DNA from: Auanema rhodensis
Taxonomy: Eukaryota; Animalia; Nematoda
Direction of reading: 5' to 3'
Assembly (NCBI GenBank): GCA_964057225.1
Contig: OZ059894.1
Coordinates: 14,632,001-14,696,000 of the forward strand
DNA length: 64,000 bases
In this document: in pieces, positions 11,927 through 25,355 of the stretch
Numbering within the stretch: position 1 is the stretch's first letter
How the letters are laid out: the number at the start of each line of letters is the position of its first letter
Notes under the pieces: model-generated
The model's input: the letters and a program-made list of their open reading frames with translations, nothing else
What the model was told of the DNA's origin: nothing
Database searches by the model: none
Program-made: the position numbers and the translations under genes

Positions 11927-14900
11927 CAAGCTTATCTTGCCTAGCTGCTTCTCTGACACATAGTATTAATCTCACTCCACTATTCAGGTGTAGAGTCTGC
12001 CTTCCTTCCAGCTGATGCAAGCGGCTTAGCTTAAATCTGACCTAAAGCTTATCCGCATCTCTCTTAGCCTAAACAACTGTGATGTTAATATCACAATCAC
12101 TAATTCTCATAAGGATAAGGAAAGAAAATTATTCATTGTGAAAAAAGAGCATCTCCCTCTAGGGAAGAGCTGCTACCAGATATAGGCTATACGGTCAGTG
12201 ACCTCAGGAAAAACTGATGAAAGTGAAAAAATTGCAGAAGTGCAGAGAAAGTTTGTTGACTTTTGCCCGACGGCCAAAGCAATGTTGACGGTTTTTGTCG
12301 GAAGAACCAGCAGCCAGATGCACTTGGTTTGCTCGTGGAGTCTGCTGTCTCATCAGTTATACGTCGTTTCATACCATTCCGCAACGTTGTCCTTCTTCTC
12401 TCTTTGTCACTCATTTTTTCTTTTTTTCTTCGATTCTCTCTTTTTCATCTAGCTCATCAACAGATAGCAATTCCGTAGTGATTTCTCGGATTCTCTATAA
12501 TCGACTCCGATCTATCATTAGGTTGGCTCTTTGTATAGCTTGCACTCTTGTGTAGAAAAGTTGACGGTGGAGAGACATGATGTTGCGAAGTTCGAGACCA
12601 TATAACCGGCTAAAAACACAGAATAGATGCACTGCACTTCGTTTTTTTCTCTTGTACGACTTTTTCATTTTCGCTTTTTGCCTCTTTCTTTCATTTTTGT
12701 ATGTTTTTTTGCTCTTTCTTTCTATTTTGCTCTTTTCCTTGTTAAATGAACTGTATTGAGGTGTGGAGAACAAAAAACTGAAGAAGAAAGAAATCGAAAA
12801 AGGAGGGAACAAGCTGTTTGACATGAATCAAATGTTCCTAAACTGCCACTGTCTCAAAACGTGGTAAACACAGATGGCTATATGAACTTTCAGTTCAAAT
12901 AGTCTCTCTTGTAACGTAAGATAGGATGAAGTGGGTATAGGAAAAACGAAGTTAAAGAAGAGAATTAGCAGTCCAAAAGATAAAATTTTTTTTATAATTG
13001 AGCACGTTAAAACCATATGTCTTTTTCATATAGAAAATCTTGGTTAAGAGAGTTCGCAACATGAAAAAAATGGTTTGCATCTGGTTCACAAAGATAACGA
13101 CTAATAAATACAGAATTATATCATCAATATAAACGAATAGTGAAGATATTACGGAAAAGTAAGTAAAATGATGATGGACCAAAAGACAAAAGTGCTTTTT
13201 CCGATAGTGGAGATGGAGATAGAGAGGAATGGGATCCATTATAATACAACCGTTCGCAATGAATAGATAGCAATGAATGACTTGTACGTGAGTATACGTG
13301 AAACACGTGAAATTTTTGATTCAAATTATGAATTTAAAGGTACTTAGGGGCTCCAATCATTGTAACAGCAAGTAGTTGTAAGATTGGATGAAAAAAGGAA
13401 GGCGGTGAAAAGCCAAAAGAAAAGTACAGAAGAACTGAACGGACGACAGCGACGACAAAAAATAGAACTGGTAGGAGCCAGAAGAGAGAAAAAGAAATAG
13501 AAAGAGTGGTTATTGGTTGACAGGATGGCTAGTTGGGTACAGTTCTGAAAACAAGGCAGAAGGTGAAGAAAATGGTACAAGAATAGTACTGAAAACGAGA
13601 AAAGAAGGCAGAGAAGGTTGAGAGAGTAATGAAGATCGAGGAAAAGGAAGAGAAATTAATGAATATGATGAAGAAGAAATAGTAACAAAATAGGTTGGAA
13701 AGGAACAGGGGAAAAGAAAGACGTACAGATGTATATGTATGTGAGTAAAGAGAAAAACAGTTTCTACAATGTGCCTACGGTAGTTGTTGAATTCTGAAGA
13801 CAGTTGCTGTCGTGCAGACATATATCAGGTCGCTTCCATAGATTGCTAAAGGAGAACGAAACAGTTGCAGAAATGGTAAACGCCACGAAGAGAAAAAGAA
13901 AGTAAAGGAATCAGGAAGTAATACACGTTGCTTAGAAGATGAATAGGTATCATTGAAATGAAAATAAGATATTTTCAAGTTTCAATGTTTTAGGTATCCA
14001 ATTAAGAAATATTCAGAAATGAACTATCTAGTAGCTCCGTAGATGAACTATAGCTGAAGACGAGTGTAAGAGAACACTAGAGAGGCAAGGATACACAGGA
14101 CATCGAGAGAAAAACTTTTTCTAGATAGCACGTTGCTAACACATCTTATAAGAGAGAGAGACCTAAGAGGAAGAGAGAGATAGATAGATGGATAGGTATG
14201 TGGAAAGGTTTCCGACTTCAGAAAGTGGGCAAGCAAGACGAAGATACTGAGGGGATATGCACTTTTCTCTTATTCTCTCTCAGGAAACATCTAAGGCCGT
14301 TCTTTCTCAATCTTTCTAAATCTTCGGTAAGATTCTCTTCTCTCACCATCGATAACAGATTGATGCTTATTTGTCTTAAACCTCTTGAGTTCTACTTACA
14401 TAGTAAAGAAGAAAGGCGGTCATCCTCGTGTCCAGTAAGTTACATTTAGCAGACGATTAGTAATATCAAAAGGATAGACAGAATAGTTATCAAAAAACAC
14501 TGTAAAATATCTCTATCTCTCTCCCCGTTTCATACTTTTCCCTTTTTTTCGCTATTTGTGATGTTAAACATTCATTCATTTTGTCTTTTCCCTTTGTTTT
14601 GGTTCTAGCAAACATTCAAAAAATACATGTCATTTCCTGTCGGGAAAGGTTTGTATTTAACAGTAGCTTTAAAACATAATCAGCTGTTTGTTCTTTATAT
14701 TGATAAGTAAATTTCAACGTACAGAAAACCTAATAATCTTTTTAAAATGTCTCCATGATAGCTATCAGAACTATGTAACTAAATCAAAAACGAGTTGAAA
14801 TTCGTAATTATTTGCTCACATGAGAATACTGTGTAGATAAGTTTGGTAGCTTATTCATCATGTATTATGTTGTATGTTTATCTAACAGTTTTTGATCTTA

Positions 14901-17900
14901 CGATTAAAGAGACGGCATCCGTTTATAGATGTTCAGTGAGCCTGCTGTGCCGAAAAGAAAAAAAAACGGAAGACATAGGTTCGAATAAGGAAAGAGTGAC
15001 AGGATGGATGATTGACCGGACATTGACATAAGACAAACATCGATGGATCGGCTTCATGCAGATCTATAATATACACATAACACATACATGTATGATGATT
15101 AGGTGGATGAGGAAGAGTAGGAGGATCTTTTTTAACTTTTAATACAAACGATTACATAAGTGAGTTATAGGTCAAAAAGATATACTAAACGTATATAGCA
15201 AGCTGAGCGAGAGGAAGGGAGAGATAAAGAAAGAGAGAGAGAAAGAGAGAGAAAAGAAATAATATAAAAAGAAAAATGTATACATGTATTTATATATATA
15301 AGTTAGATAATCTGATGTACAAATATGAATATTAAAAATTATTTTACTATACAGCAAGCCGACAAGCCATCGTCTTGTGATTGAATTGCGCAACATGCTA
15401 TGCTGATGACAAGTGCGGAATATCTTGGTGAGGCAATCGAACATAAATTAGACTGGGAGAAAAGAGATAAGTTGGAATAGGTTGAAAAAGACATTAAATG
15501 AACATGTTGGAGTTGTAATGAATGGAACAAATGAATAAATAAATAAAGAGAGAGGGGGGGGGGTTGTAGAGAAAAGGATGATAATAGATCATAATAACTA
15601 TCTTCGAGACTTTTGGATTTGGATGAATAATGGGTGGGATGGATTACAAGGACCACCCAATGAAGTATTCATATGATATGGTTATAAAGAAAAAAAATTA
15701 TATGATATATAGCAATATATCATATTGTGTCGGCATTTATAAAGAAATGAATAGAAGAAACAATACAACTTTCTTTCGAAAACTTATTGTCTGTCGTATG
15801 GTCGAAAGTTATGGTTTCATCTATCACCACGGGACATCCATAGTCATTACGCTTTTCAACAAAAATCTCCAATAGACGAAAAGAATACAATCTTTTGTTC
15901 CTTTTTATTAGTTCTTTCATGGGTGGTCAACAACCTTATTCTGTATTGTATACAAACTATCTCTGAAACTTTACCATAATAGCTATTAAGCCTTTAGGTT
16001 GGAGATGAATAAATGCCTATGCATATCTTACATTGTGATAGTACTTTGTAGTTGTTCGTTATATCATGTCAGCTATTGGAATGTTAAAAACTCGCAGAAA
16101 AGAACGAAGGGATCTATGATTATTGTGGGCATGATAGGAAAATCGTCAAAAAAATGTATTTTCAATGCTTCTTCTTTAGTAGCATAATAGAGATAGTTAG
16201 GTTGTTATTACTCTGAATTAGAGATAACACAGATACAATGTGACATCAGCTACAGAAAAAGCTAATCGGTTGAATGGATGAGCACTACCTGTGTCAGATG
16301 GTGTCTGGTTCGGGTAAACCAAACAGCTTGTATTGGACAAAAATAAAAGTAATTGATATGGTTAAAATGAAACATGACAGATTGTTAGATAGCTCGATAA
16401 AGCAGAGCTAATGAATATATTGTACCAGGTTGCTGTGCTTAAAACATTTTAAGATAATCAGTTCTTAAAAAAGATATGAAGTTTTGTGGTACTATCACAC
16501 CCCCTAATAACTTGTACTTTCAATAGTAGATCATTAGAGAGATAATAGGTACGTAAATAATTATATTCAAAAAAGGAAAAAGTATCAACCAAATAAGAAT
16601 ACGACCATTCAGATGGGTCTGGATAGGACGATTCAGATGGGTCTGTGCACGGATGGAAACAAATGATAGTACTTATAATCACGTGAAAGTCACGTGTAAT
16701 TTAATAATGAAATAATTACACGTATATATAAGCATAATTTAAAGATTAGAGGATGTTCAAATAAAAGAAAAAACTGTTTAATACTATATTGAGAATATAT
16801 ATACTTTGAACGATGTTGTAATAGTAGTTGTATTTCAACTAGATTGTTAATACATAAAGGGCATAGAAGAAATGTTTGTTATTGGTTGATTTTTTTTTAC
16901 GTGAAGTGAGTATGTTGTCTTTGAATCTTTGAGTGAAATTCTGGAGATTTCTGTTTACTTCTTTCTGCTATCGTCATCATTCGCTTTACTGAAACGTGAA
17001 CATTTTCACGTGAAATTCCATATTATCCTTAGTGTAGGAAAACAAAAAGACAACAATTTTTGCCACAAAAACAATATCTAATGTGTTTGTGTTGAAGAAT
17101 TACATCAGAGTTATGGATAAGGAAGTTTTTAAAGCGAGATTACTCGGATCGAATAACGGTAGCAAAGCTTGATATGATCAAATAAATGATAATAGGATAA
17201 AAACAAAAGTATAAGATAGGGTCAATGTTATTCTCCGTGAGCTCAAAATTGAAAAAAAGAACGAAAGAAAAAAAGAAAAAAGGGAAAATAGGTGAAAAGG
17301 TGGTTTTGATGATGGTTGAAGAGGTGGAATTGAAAAAGAGAACGACATATGCGTAGGTGAGAAGAGAATGAATATTACGTGTGGACACGTATGACGTCAT
17401 GAAATACAGAAGCATACAAAGTTTCGAAATATTTTTTGATTTGTTGATCATGTTAAAGCCCCGTATAAGACGAGTGAAATCAAAAAATACACAAACCAAA
17501 AAGAATAACATCACATAGTGGCTTGGTCATCATAACGTTAAATTATAAAACATAAGAGGCTATATGATTGGGACGATACACAGAGAACGACAGGTTCAAC
17601 AGAAGCATTGATTTTCGTGATATTTCTATAAATAACATAATATCAATGATGATAACATTGAGAGAGTTGAGAATGATACTCCCTTGAACGAACACGTGTA
17701 AATTCGGACAATAATCAGATGAATTTAAAAAAAATAAGAAAAACGCAAAAGACGATATGGCTGACTAATGTACAGCGTCAAATACACGACCCTTCAAAAA
17801 CTAAGAATTGAAATATTAGAAAGAATCATAGAAATCAGAAATTATTTTGTTATTTAATCGTACTGTGACAGTATGCGCTCACGATACTTCGAAAGTAGAC

Positions 17901-20900
17901 AGACATTTTTTGGGGAAATCCTGTGTTTATTGGTCGATGAACCGGTAGCTGGAAGTTGGCTCTGAGAAAAGTGTGACAAACAGTTTTCAATGATTTTCCG
18001 GAAAAAAAATTCAGTAAACAGGAGAGCCAGTCAGTTATCCAGTCAGCGTCAGTCAGACGGCCAACGTGATGACATACAAAATCAAGACAAATGATAATCA
18101 TTGAAGGTATAAGTCAAGGATTGTGGTAGAAAGAAAACAATGAAAGAGGAGGAAAAAAGAGTAGAAGAGGTGAAAAAGTCAAAGAAACAAGTGACTTGTT
18201 TTCTGTCCTCACAAGCACTTAGATTTGGATTGTTTCTGGAGAAAAAGTGTGGATAGAAGAAAGAACATAAAAAAACAAAAAAAAATTTAAAAAAAAACGG
18301 AATGAACATTAGTAGAAACAATATAAAGATTTAAGAGTTGTACAGGCATATGCACGTGTTTTTCAGTATCCACCATTGAATCAAAGTACAAATCACGGAT
18401 TTTAGCACCATTATATGCTGTTGAATAAATAGAGAATAACGAAGAAAATTTGCAGAAATGATGATTTGCATGTCGCTAAACTCTGTTCTTCTGATGCGTA
18501 TATGGTTGTGATTCTGTTGAAGAAATGTGTGATGTTCAATGAACATGGAAAGAGAATGAGAATGGAGCCAGAATTAGAAAAGGACAAGCTATCGAATGTG
18601 TGGGAAGATGAACAGGCTTTCACTCTGAGGTCGTAGAACGCAGCAAGTTATGCTGTGGTCCAAGGCTGGTCATAGGGCTAGGAATCCCTCTTTCTTTCAA
18701 ACTTGCTCTCTTAGTTTTTCATCAACACTAGCTCTCTTATTCAATATCTTTTTCTCTCTGTGATTCGGTGGATACGTGTGTAAAAACGAAAGGCTCTGGC
18801 TGTTGCAATAGTCTGCTGACAACTGGCCACACCGCAACACGCGCACCGGCTCTTCTGAAACATTTCTAAAGTCATTGGGAGAAGATATAAGAAAGAGAAG
18901 AAACGAGCTGGGGAGAGATTATTGAAATCGAAAAAAAGAAATTGAACTCAGCAGAGAAATGTGTCCAGAGGGTACTTTTAGGAAAAGGAAATTGAGACAC
19001 AGAGGAAAAGAGATACAGCTCTCAGAGAAGATGAAACTGTAGATGAATAGTTATAAACTTTTTCTGAAGTTTTACATGTATATATAATAAATTTTCATAA
19101 AAGAATGTTAATTTTTTGAAATTCTTAATCATTCCATCGTTTTATAAAATTGTTAAAATCTTGAGAAGTAGTTAAGATTCTACAAAAATGATAAATATAT
19201 ATCCGTAGAAATAATATATATATATATATAATTTCTGTTAAACTATTTAATTAAATGAAATATATATTATTTCTGTTAAGTGAAAGCGAGAACTTCCGCC
19301 AACTGAAAGATATCACTCACGCTGATTTAAAATCTTTCCGGCCACCTTATTCTTTAAACTATGCTCTAGCAAAGAAGGTAAATCTTACGAATAGATGTTG
19401 CAAAAGGAGAATGTATTAGACCAAAAATAAAAACATTAAAGAAATAATAAAATAGATATTAATATATAACGTATGATATAAGTTATTTATTATATAAAAA
19501 TAATTACAAATTTTGATCATAAATATATGATATGTGTATGTAATATCATATCATATCAGATCATAGCCATATGTTATAAACATTAAAAAATAAATACGAA
19601 TGCGAAAAAAAACGCAAAAGTTTGATTTAATTGTTGATTGAAATGCATCTAATTTGGCAACATTGTTGTCATTATGTTGATAAGGCCCATCCCACTACGG
19701 CACCATTCTGACTTTTGATAAGGAAAATACAACAATTGCATTAATAGCAATTATGGTTGTAACTTATTTTATGAGAATTAGTTTCAAACTATGAATTATT
19801 CAAAATAAAATTTTCAAAAATAAAACGATTCATCAAGCGTTCTCAACTGATTGACTTACACTTCAGCTATGAAGTTTGATAGACAACATAAAGTGCGTGA
19901 AACACGTGAAAAGCATTGTTATAATTAATTTCGATGTGCACGGTTGTTCAGTATATTTCTCTCAATATATATTAACGATACAGTATTCTTATATTACATT
20001 CGATTAGAGAGAATTTTAATTACGTTTTTGTATGAGCCATACTCCTTTGATTTCAAGGAAGATGGTGTAATTAAGAATTTTTTTTAAATGAAAAATTAAA
20101 TAATATTCCGGCTAATTTGAAAGAAATAAGAAACAAGGATATGAAGATTAATGAAAATAGATGGTTCTTTCGGTAATAATACTTCACATTCGCTCTGTTC
20201 ATTAATGATACATATCGGAAATCGTCTTTTTCACAGAGTACTGCTCATCATCTGTCTATGGACTAAGGACACATCAGAATTTTAGCAATAGATATGGATA
20301 GATAAATCTATTTTCGGTATATCGAAATGTTGCCTTAAGCACTGTATGTCGAACATCTGACTCCAGGGGGTCGAGCGGACATCTAATGTCTGCATTTTCT
20401 GCGACAGTTAATAGATAAATGAATGAAATGATGACGTGAGATGGTTGAAATACGGTTAGATGGAACACAGACGTCACCGTCAAGAAACTGATGGGCTCAT
20501 TGGAAGTGCTTTAAACTGTCTCTGTGCCCTTTTTTATTGGATCGCATTTACATCGTTTGTCACTAACCATTCGAAGGACATTGCCTATTAATGTTTTATA
20601 TATATCTATATATATATAAATGGCAGAAAGCGTGGAAGAATATACAGACAGTACAACTTTATCAAATCATCGCTATTTTCATATTTTTTGATTCTTCTGT
20701 CCTATCGTCCAATGGTTTCGGCTGGCAAATGTTCACTTCAGACTGAAGGCCAACCAATGGAACGTGACAATCAGGTGGGGATAATTTCAGATGACCAAGG
20801 AGAAAAAATTTTTTTTCGATGTATCTCTTTCAGCTAATGAGCTGGATGACCGTCGTTAGACTATTAGTTTTTACGTGAAAGACAACAGATCAAACAAAGT

Positions 20901-23900
20901 GAAGAGATGAAGATGAAGTCAGAGTTGTAGAGGTCGAAACAACTGCCCAAGTGCGAGCAGGTGGCATTTCATTGGCAATCTGACTCCGTGCATACTAGAC
21001 ACAGAAGAAAACAGAACAAGTGAAAAAGAAAGAGGAAAGAGGATGTAGAGACATCAGAGGTCGAAACCTACAACTTGGACATTTTCTTTTGGCATCTCAA
21101 CTCTTAATTTCTTCTCATCGTTGCTGCTATCCTCTAACAGCCCTGCTAGGCTATTGGCTTTTCCAGCAAAAGCTGCAAAAGAAGAAAAACGTAATGAAGA
21201 AGAGACATCGTAGATAGCTGGTCAGCAAAAGAAAAAAAAAGAAAACAGAGAGAAAGTTCAGAAGAAAAAGTTCTATTTCTTTTTTTTTCTGTTGATTATC
21301 CTCTATAATAAAAGTTGTAGTGGGTGAGAATTGGAACATGAAGGTTATCCAAAACTGTGAGAATGAGAAGATCACATACAAACATGCATGTGAGGATCAT
21401 ATTGATGGTACAAGCGATGTTTTTTTTGAAAATCAGCATAACTAGCGAATTGGAAACAAGTTTATATAGTTAGGTAAATGATATTCAATCATTATATATT
21501 ATATGAAATATACATATAATATATTTTAATTTCAAAAACAAAACAAAATATTATAGTTTCGTTAAGGATTTTATAATGAAGATTAAGAGTTCAATGTTCC
21601 TTTACCTAATGATTTCAAAATAAGTTCAGAAATTCATCAGTTGTTCATATTTTTTTGTTTGTCACACGTTTGATGGAAAGAATAATATCACGTGGGCTTT
21701 CCTATCACACAACGTCTCCTAAGAATGCTTGGGCATTCCTTTTCAGAAGGTAATTGACATGTGATTGTCTGGTGATGTTCAGACAGATCAGGTTTAACTC
21801 TCTCTCTCTCTTAATTGTTGATTTTGAGCCGTCTCTGGAATATTACAAGGCCAATGACTCATTCAGTCAGATGAAGGAGAAAAAAATCTTTTGAACAACA
21901 TCACATATGTTACAAAAAATGTATTTTTTTTCTTCTGCTAACAGTGAACTTAATTAAACAATTATAAACATTTTTCCTATTTAAGATTACGGTATAAATG
22001 ATTTTTATTTGTCAACGAGGAATAATCACCGTAATTGCGAAGCTGGAAAACAGGAGCTAGTCTACGATTATACCGCTTATCTGTATTGGCGTAAAAACCA
22101 ATTCAAGATAGGCCGAAATTATATGAAAATCAAGTGTAAAAGTGCAAACTTTATTACTGGTTTCGTAAAAATATTGACCAATATAATAGGATTTATATAA
22201 TAAAGTAATACGATTCACATATCATAATATCGACAAATGTTTCAAAAAAATGCTGAAATACGACTGGCAGGCAAACTCTGGCGAACTGTATACGAAGATA
22301 AGAGGTTGGCTGAACTTACGGAATAGAGAAAAAAAAGTTGCCGAAGTGAGAGAAAAAAAATTGAAAACGAGCCTGTGGTTGCTCATTACTCAGCGTAGTT
22401 CAAATCGGCTTCACTATTAAAGGACAATTGTCGGCGACTGACAGAGTTTTTATGTTCTGTCATCCGTGGTTTTTCGTTTCAGAAGACCTCATCATCTTTT
22501 TCGATGAGGTCGAAGAGGTGCCTAGATGAGAATCGAACGCGACCCATGATGGGTAGTAGCCTTTTGCATTCATTCTCTGTAGTCTCATTGGTCATTTGCG
22601 TTTTGGAATGCTTGATCCGCATTTTATATGGACGGGTTAGTAAAGATCAACAGGGATATGCAATGAAGAGAATGGAAGAGATGATACATTCATGAAAACG
22701 ATTAGTGAGAACAAGTGGGAATGAACTCATTAGGCTTACGATACTAATGATACTCTTTAACATCAGGTGAACAAAAGAAAAACTGAGTAGAATTAGAGTT
22801 GCGTCCGAAAGAGGAAGAGTGGAAAGAGAGGTGAGAGGGAGAAAGCCGAGAGAGTGATAGAGAGAGAGAGGGAAAGAATGAAGATTACCGTTCACAAATT
22901 TGTGAATAACACAACCGCTCGTCATTGTTAACATAAACGAAATGAAATCAGCATGTCTCACGTTCACCTAAACGTGCACAATCTCGGTATCTGTGCTAAT
23001 TTGAGATGAAGATGAAGATGTGAGTTGAGCTATAATACTCTCAGTCGTATAAAAAACTCAAACAACGTCCACATTAGATGAACTTTGCTTTCTCAAGATA
23101 ATGAGAAGAGTACTTAAAACGGCAATGCTATAAGCAGAGTGAACAGGTCATTTGAATTTTGCTGAAACCCTCTCCGAGCATATGTTTTGTTCAAAAAAGC
23201 AATTTGTTCTCTTTCCGTTACAGTAAAACAAAGAGATGAATTAAAAAATGTGAGGATTGTTCCATATATAGAGAATTGCTATCAAAATCCGGACGATATA
23301 GAATGCTTGCAATGAAAAAAGAAAAAAAAATAACAAAATTCAAGAGCACTAAGATATTAAGGATATAGAATTACAAGTCTTAGAAAATCAATAGAAAAAC
23401 TAGAATATATCAGTATGTCATCATACGAAAGCCAAAAAAGGTTTGATCTTCAAACATACTCTGAAAGGACAATTCTTTCTAAAGTCATAGCCAATACGCA
23501 TGAAAGCGTGGAAGACGTGTTATGGAAAACCTATCTCGGTTCTAGTTAATGCTTGATGTTCGCAACCTTCTCACAAAGCTACAACAAAAAAAAGAAAGAG
23601 AAACTTGCTTCACGTATGAGGTCAATATGATGTTATTAAAGAAAAAACAAAAATATTATTTTATTCAGCCTTTCTTCTTGTTTCACTTTTGTCGTTAAAT
23701 TTTGGCAACAGAATCACTGCTAGCTGTCACGATTTTTCATTTGTTTCTATTAGAAAAAAATTCCTTCATCGAATCGAAAACATGTTTAGATTTTGGCTGC
23801 TCTTCTCTCTCTATTTTGATTCCTCCTCTCTCTTTTTTCCTCTTTTTAGTTCTTTTTTTCGTCTTTTTTTCTTCTTCAGTAAATTTTACATTCAGATCAT

Positions 23901-24148
23901 ATGATCTATTCAGAAAATATAGGTTTTGAATAAAAAAAAGAACTGAATGTTGAGAGTAGAATTGAATGAGTGGAAAAAATGGCAACAAAACTGAAATTTC
24001 GAACAGTAGCCGAGAAAAAATGGAAAAGAACGCTGAAGAGAGATACTTTCCAAGTGAGAGAGGGAAACAAAGATTTAGAGAGAGAGAGAATTTGGCGAAG
24101 TATAAAGAGAATGAGAAGCCAATCAAGAGAATCTATTGATGTAAGCTA

Positions 24149-24171
24149 TGTGTGTGTGTGTGTGTGTGTGT
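24149..24171 (+). repeat. (TG)n microsatellite
   Basis: About 11 TG units. Confidence 0.9.
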
Positions 24172-25283
24172 CGTTTGTTTACCAAAAAGTGCAGGTTCGC
24201 GGGATGACGACCGGCTGTTGCGATGACGAGAAGGGGTGCGAGAGTGGAAGATGTCGACGATAGAAAAGCAAACGAGAGAGAGAGAACAACGTCAACGATG
24301 ACGATAGACTTGGAATGGATGTGCCATAAGACCACGTTGCTAGGAAAAATGGCCAAAGACAATTTAAACCTCGTTACATTTTTGGTTTACATGTGTGCAA
24401 AAACTTTACTGTCAATGCAAAAGTTACCATAAGTTTCTTTCAATCCAGGGTACTACGAGAAATATGGTCGTCGGATGGTCCATACTCTTTCTTTGAAGCT
24501 TATATGCGAGGGAAGAAAGAGTTTTTTGTTCTTGAGACTAGAATACGGTATAAGAGAAGTGAGCTAAATACAGATGTGAAAGTGGTCTATTCCCATATGT
24601 TCTTATAGAAATGTATCCTCATACTGCAACATTGTCTAGAAGTGTGAGTGAAAGTGAGTTTATCAACTTCTGATCCTTTGTATCGCTTGATTGAAGCGCC
24701 GAATTATTTCTCTTTGCAGCGACGAGCGTTCGCAAGAGTTGCGATATTCACATCATTCTGATATAAACAACTTGAAAGGGAGAACAACATGACAGTAAGG
24801 TATGTAAGAGACATATAAACCAAATGGAGAAAGAGGACAAGAGAATCAGAGAAAAAGGAAAAAGAAGCTAATCGAACATTCCATTTCCGCAACATGCTTA
24901 TCTATTGTTTTTCAATTCATATCCAAAGCTATCCTATTACTTAATCACAAAGCTCTTCAAGCAATTATGTGTAGAAGGTTCAATGTTAAGAGAGGGAAGA
25001 AAGAATGATTCAAAGAAATAATAGTTACTTCTGATAAAATTATATCTTCTTTCTACGTTTTTCCCATTTTTGTCCACACCTATCCCCTCAAGTTGAAAAT
25101 ACAGTATGTTAAATAAAATCCCACACTACATTCAATAATATTTTTGTCATTTATCTAAAACGAGATTGCCACACCGATTGTTTTGAAATTCGGTGCCATG
25201 CCAGTGTGTGATGTTGAAAACAGGAGAAAGAACTAGAGAATGACGTATATGTTAGAACTATTTTAGACTGCAAAACGAATGTA

Positions 25284-25355
25284 TGGAGGTATGGGGAATC
25301 GAACCCCAGACTTCTCGCATGCAAAGCGAGCGCTCTACCCCTGAGCTATACCCCC
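25284..25355 (-). tRNA. tRNA-Ala (anticodon UGC)
   Basis: Reverse complement reads GGGGGTATAGCTCAGGGGTAGAGCGCTCGCTTTGCATGCGAGAAGTCTGGGGTTCGATTCCCCATACCTCCA: a 72-nt cloverleaf with G3:U70 Ala identity pair, TGC anticodon, intact A and B boxes, and a T4 terminator ~9 nt downstream (25275-25272). Confidence 0.98.

Noticed and set aside
16607-16645. Short tandem duplication ATTCAGATGGGTCTG x2
   Set aside because: Two copies only, consistent with replication slippage. Not an array and not CRISPR, since this is eukaryotic DNA.
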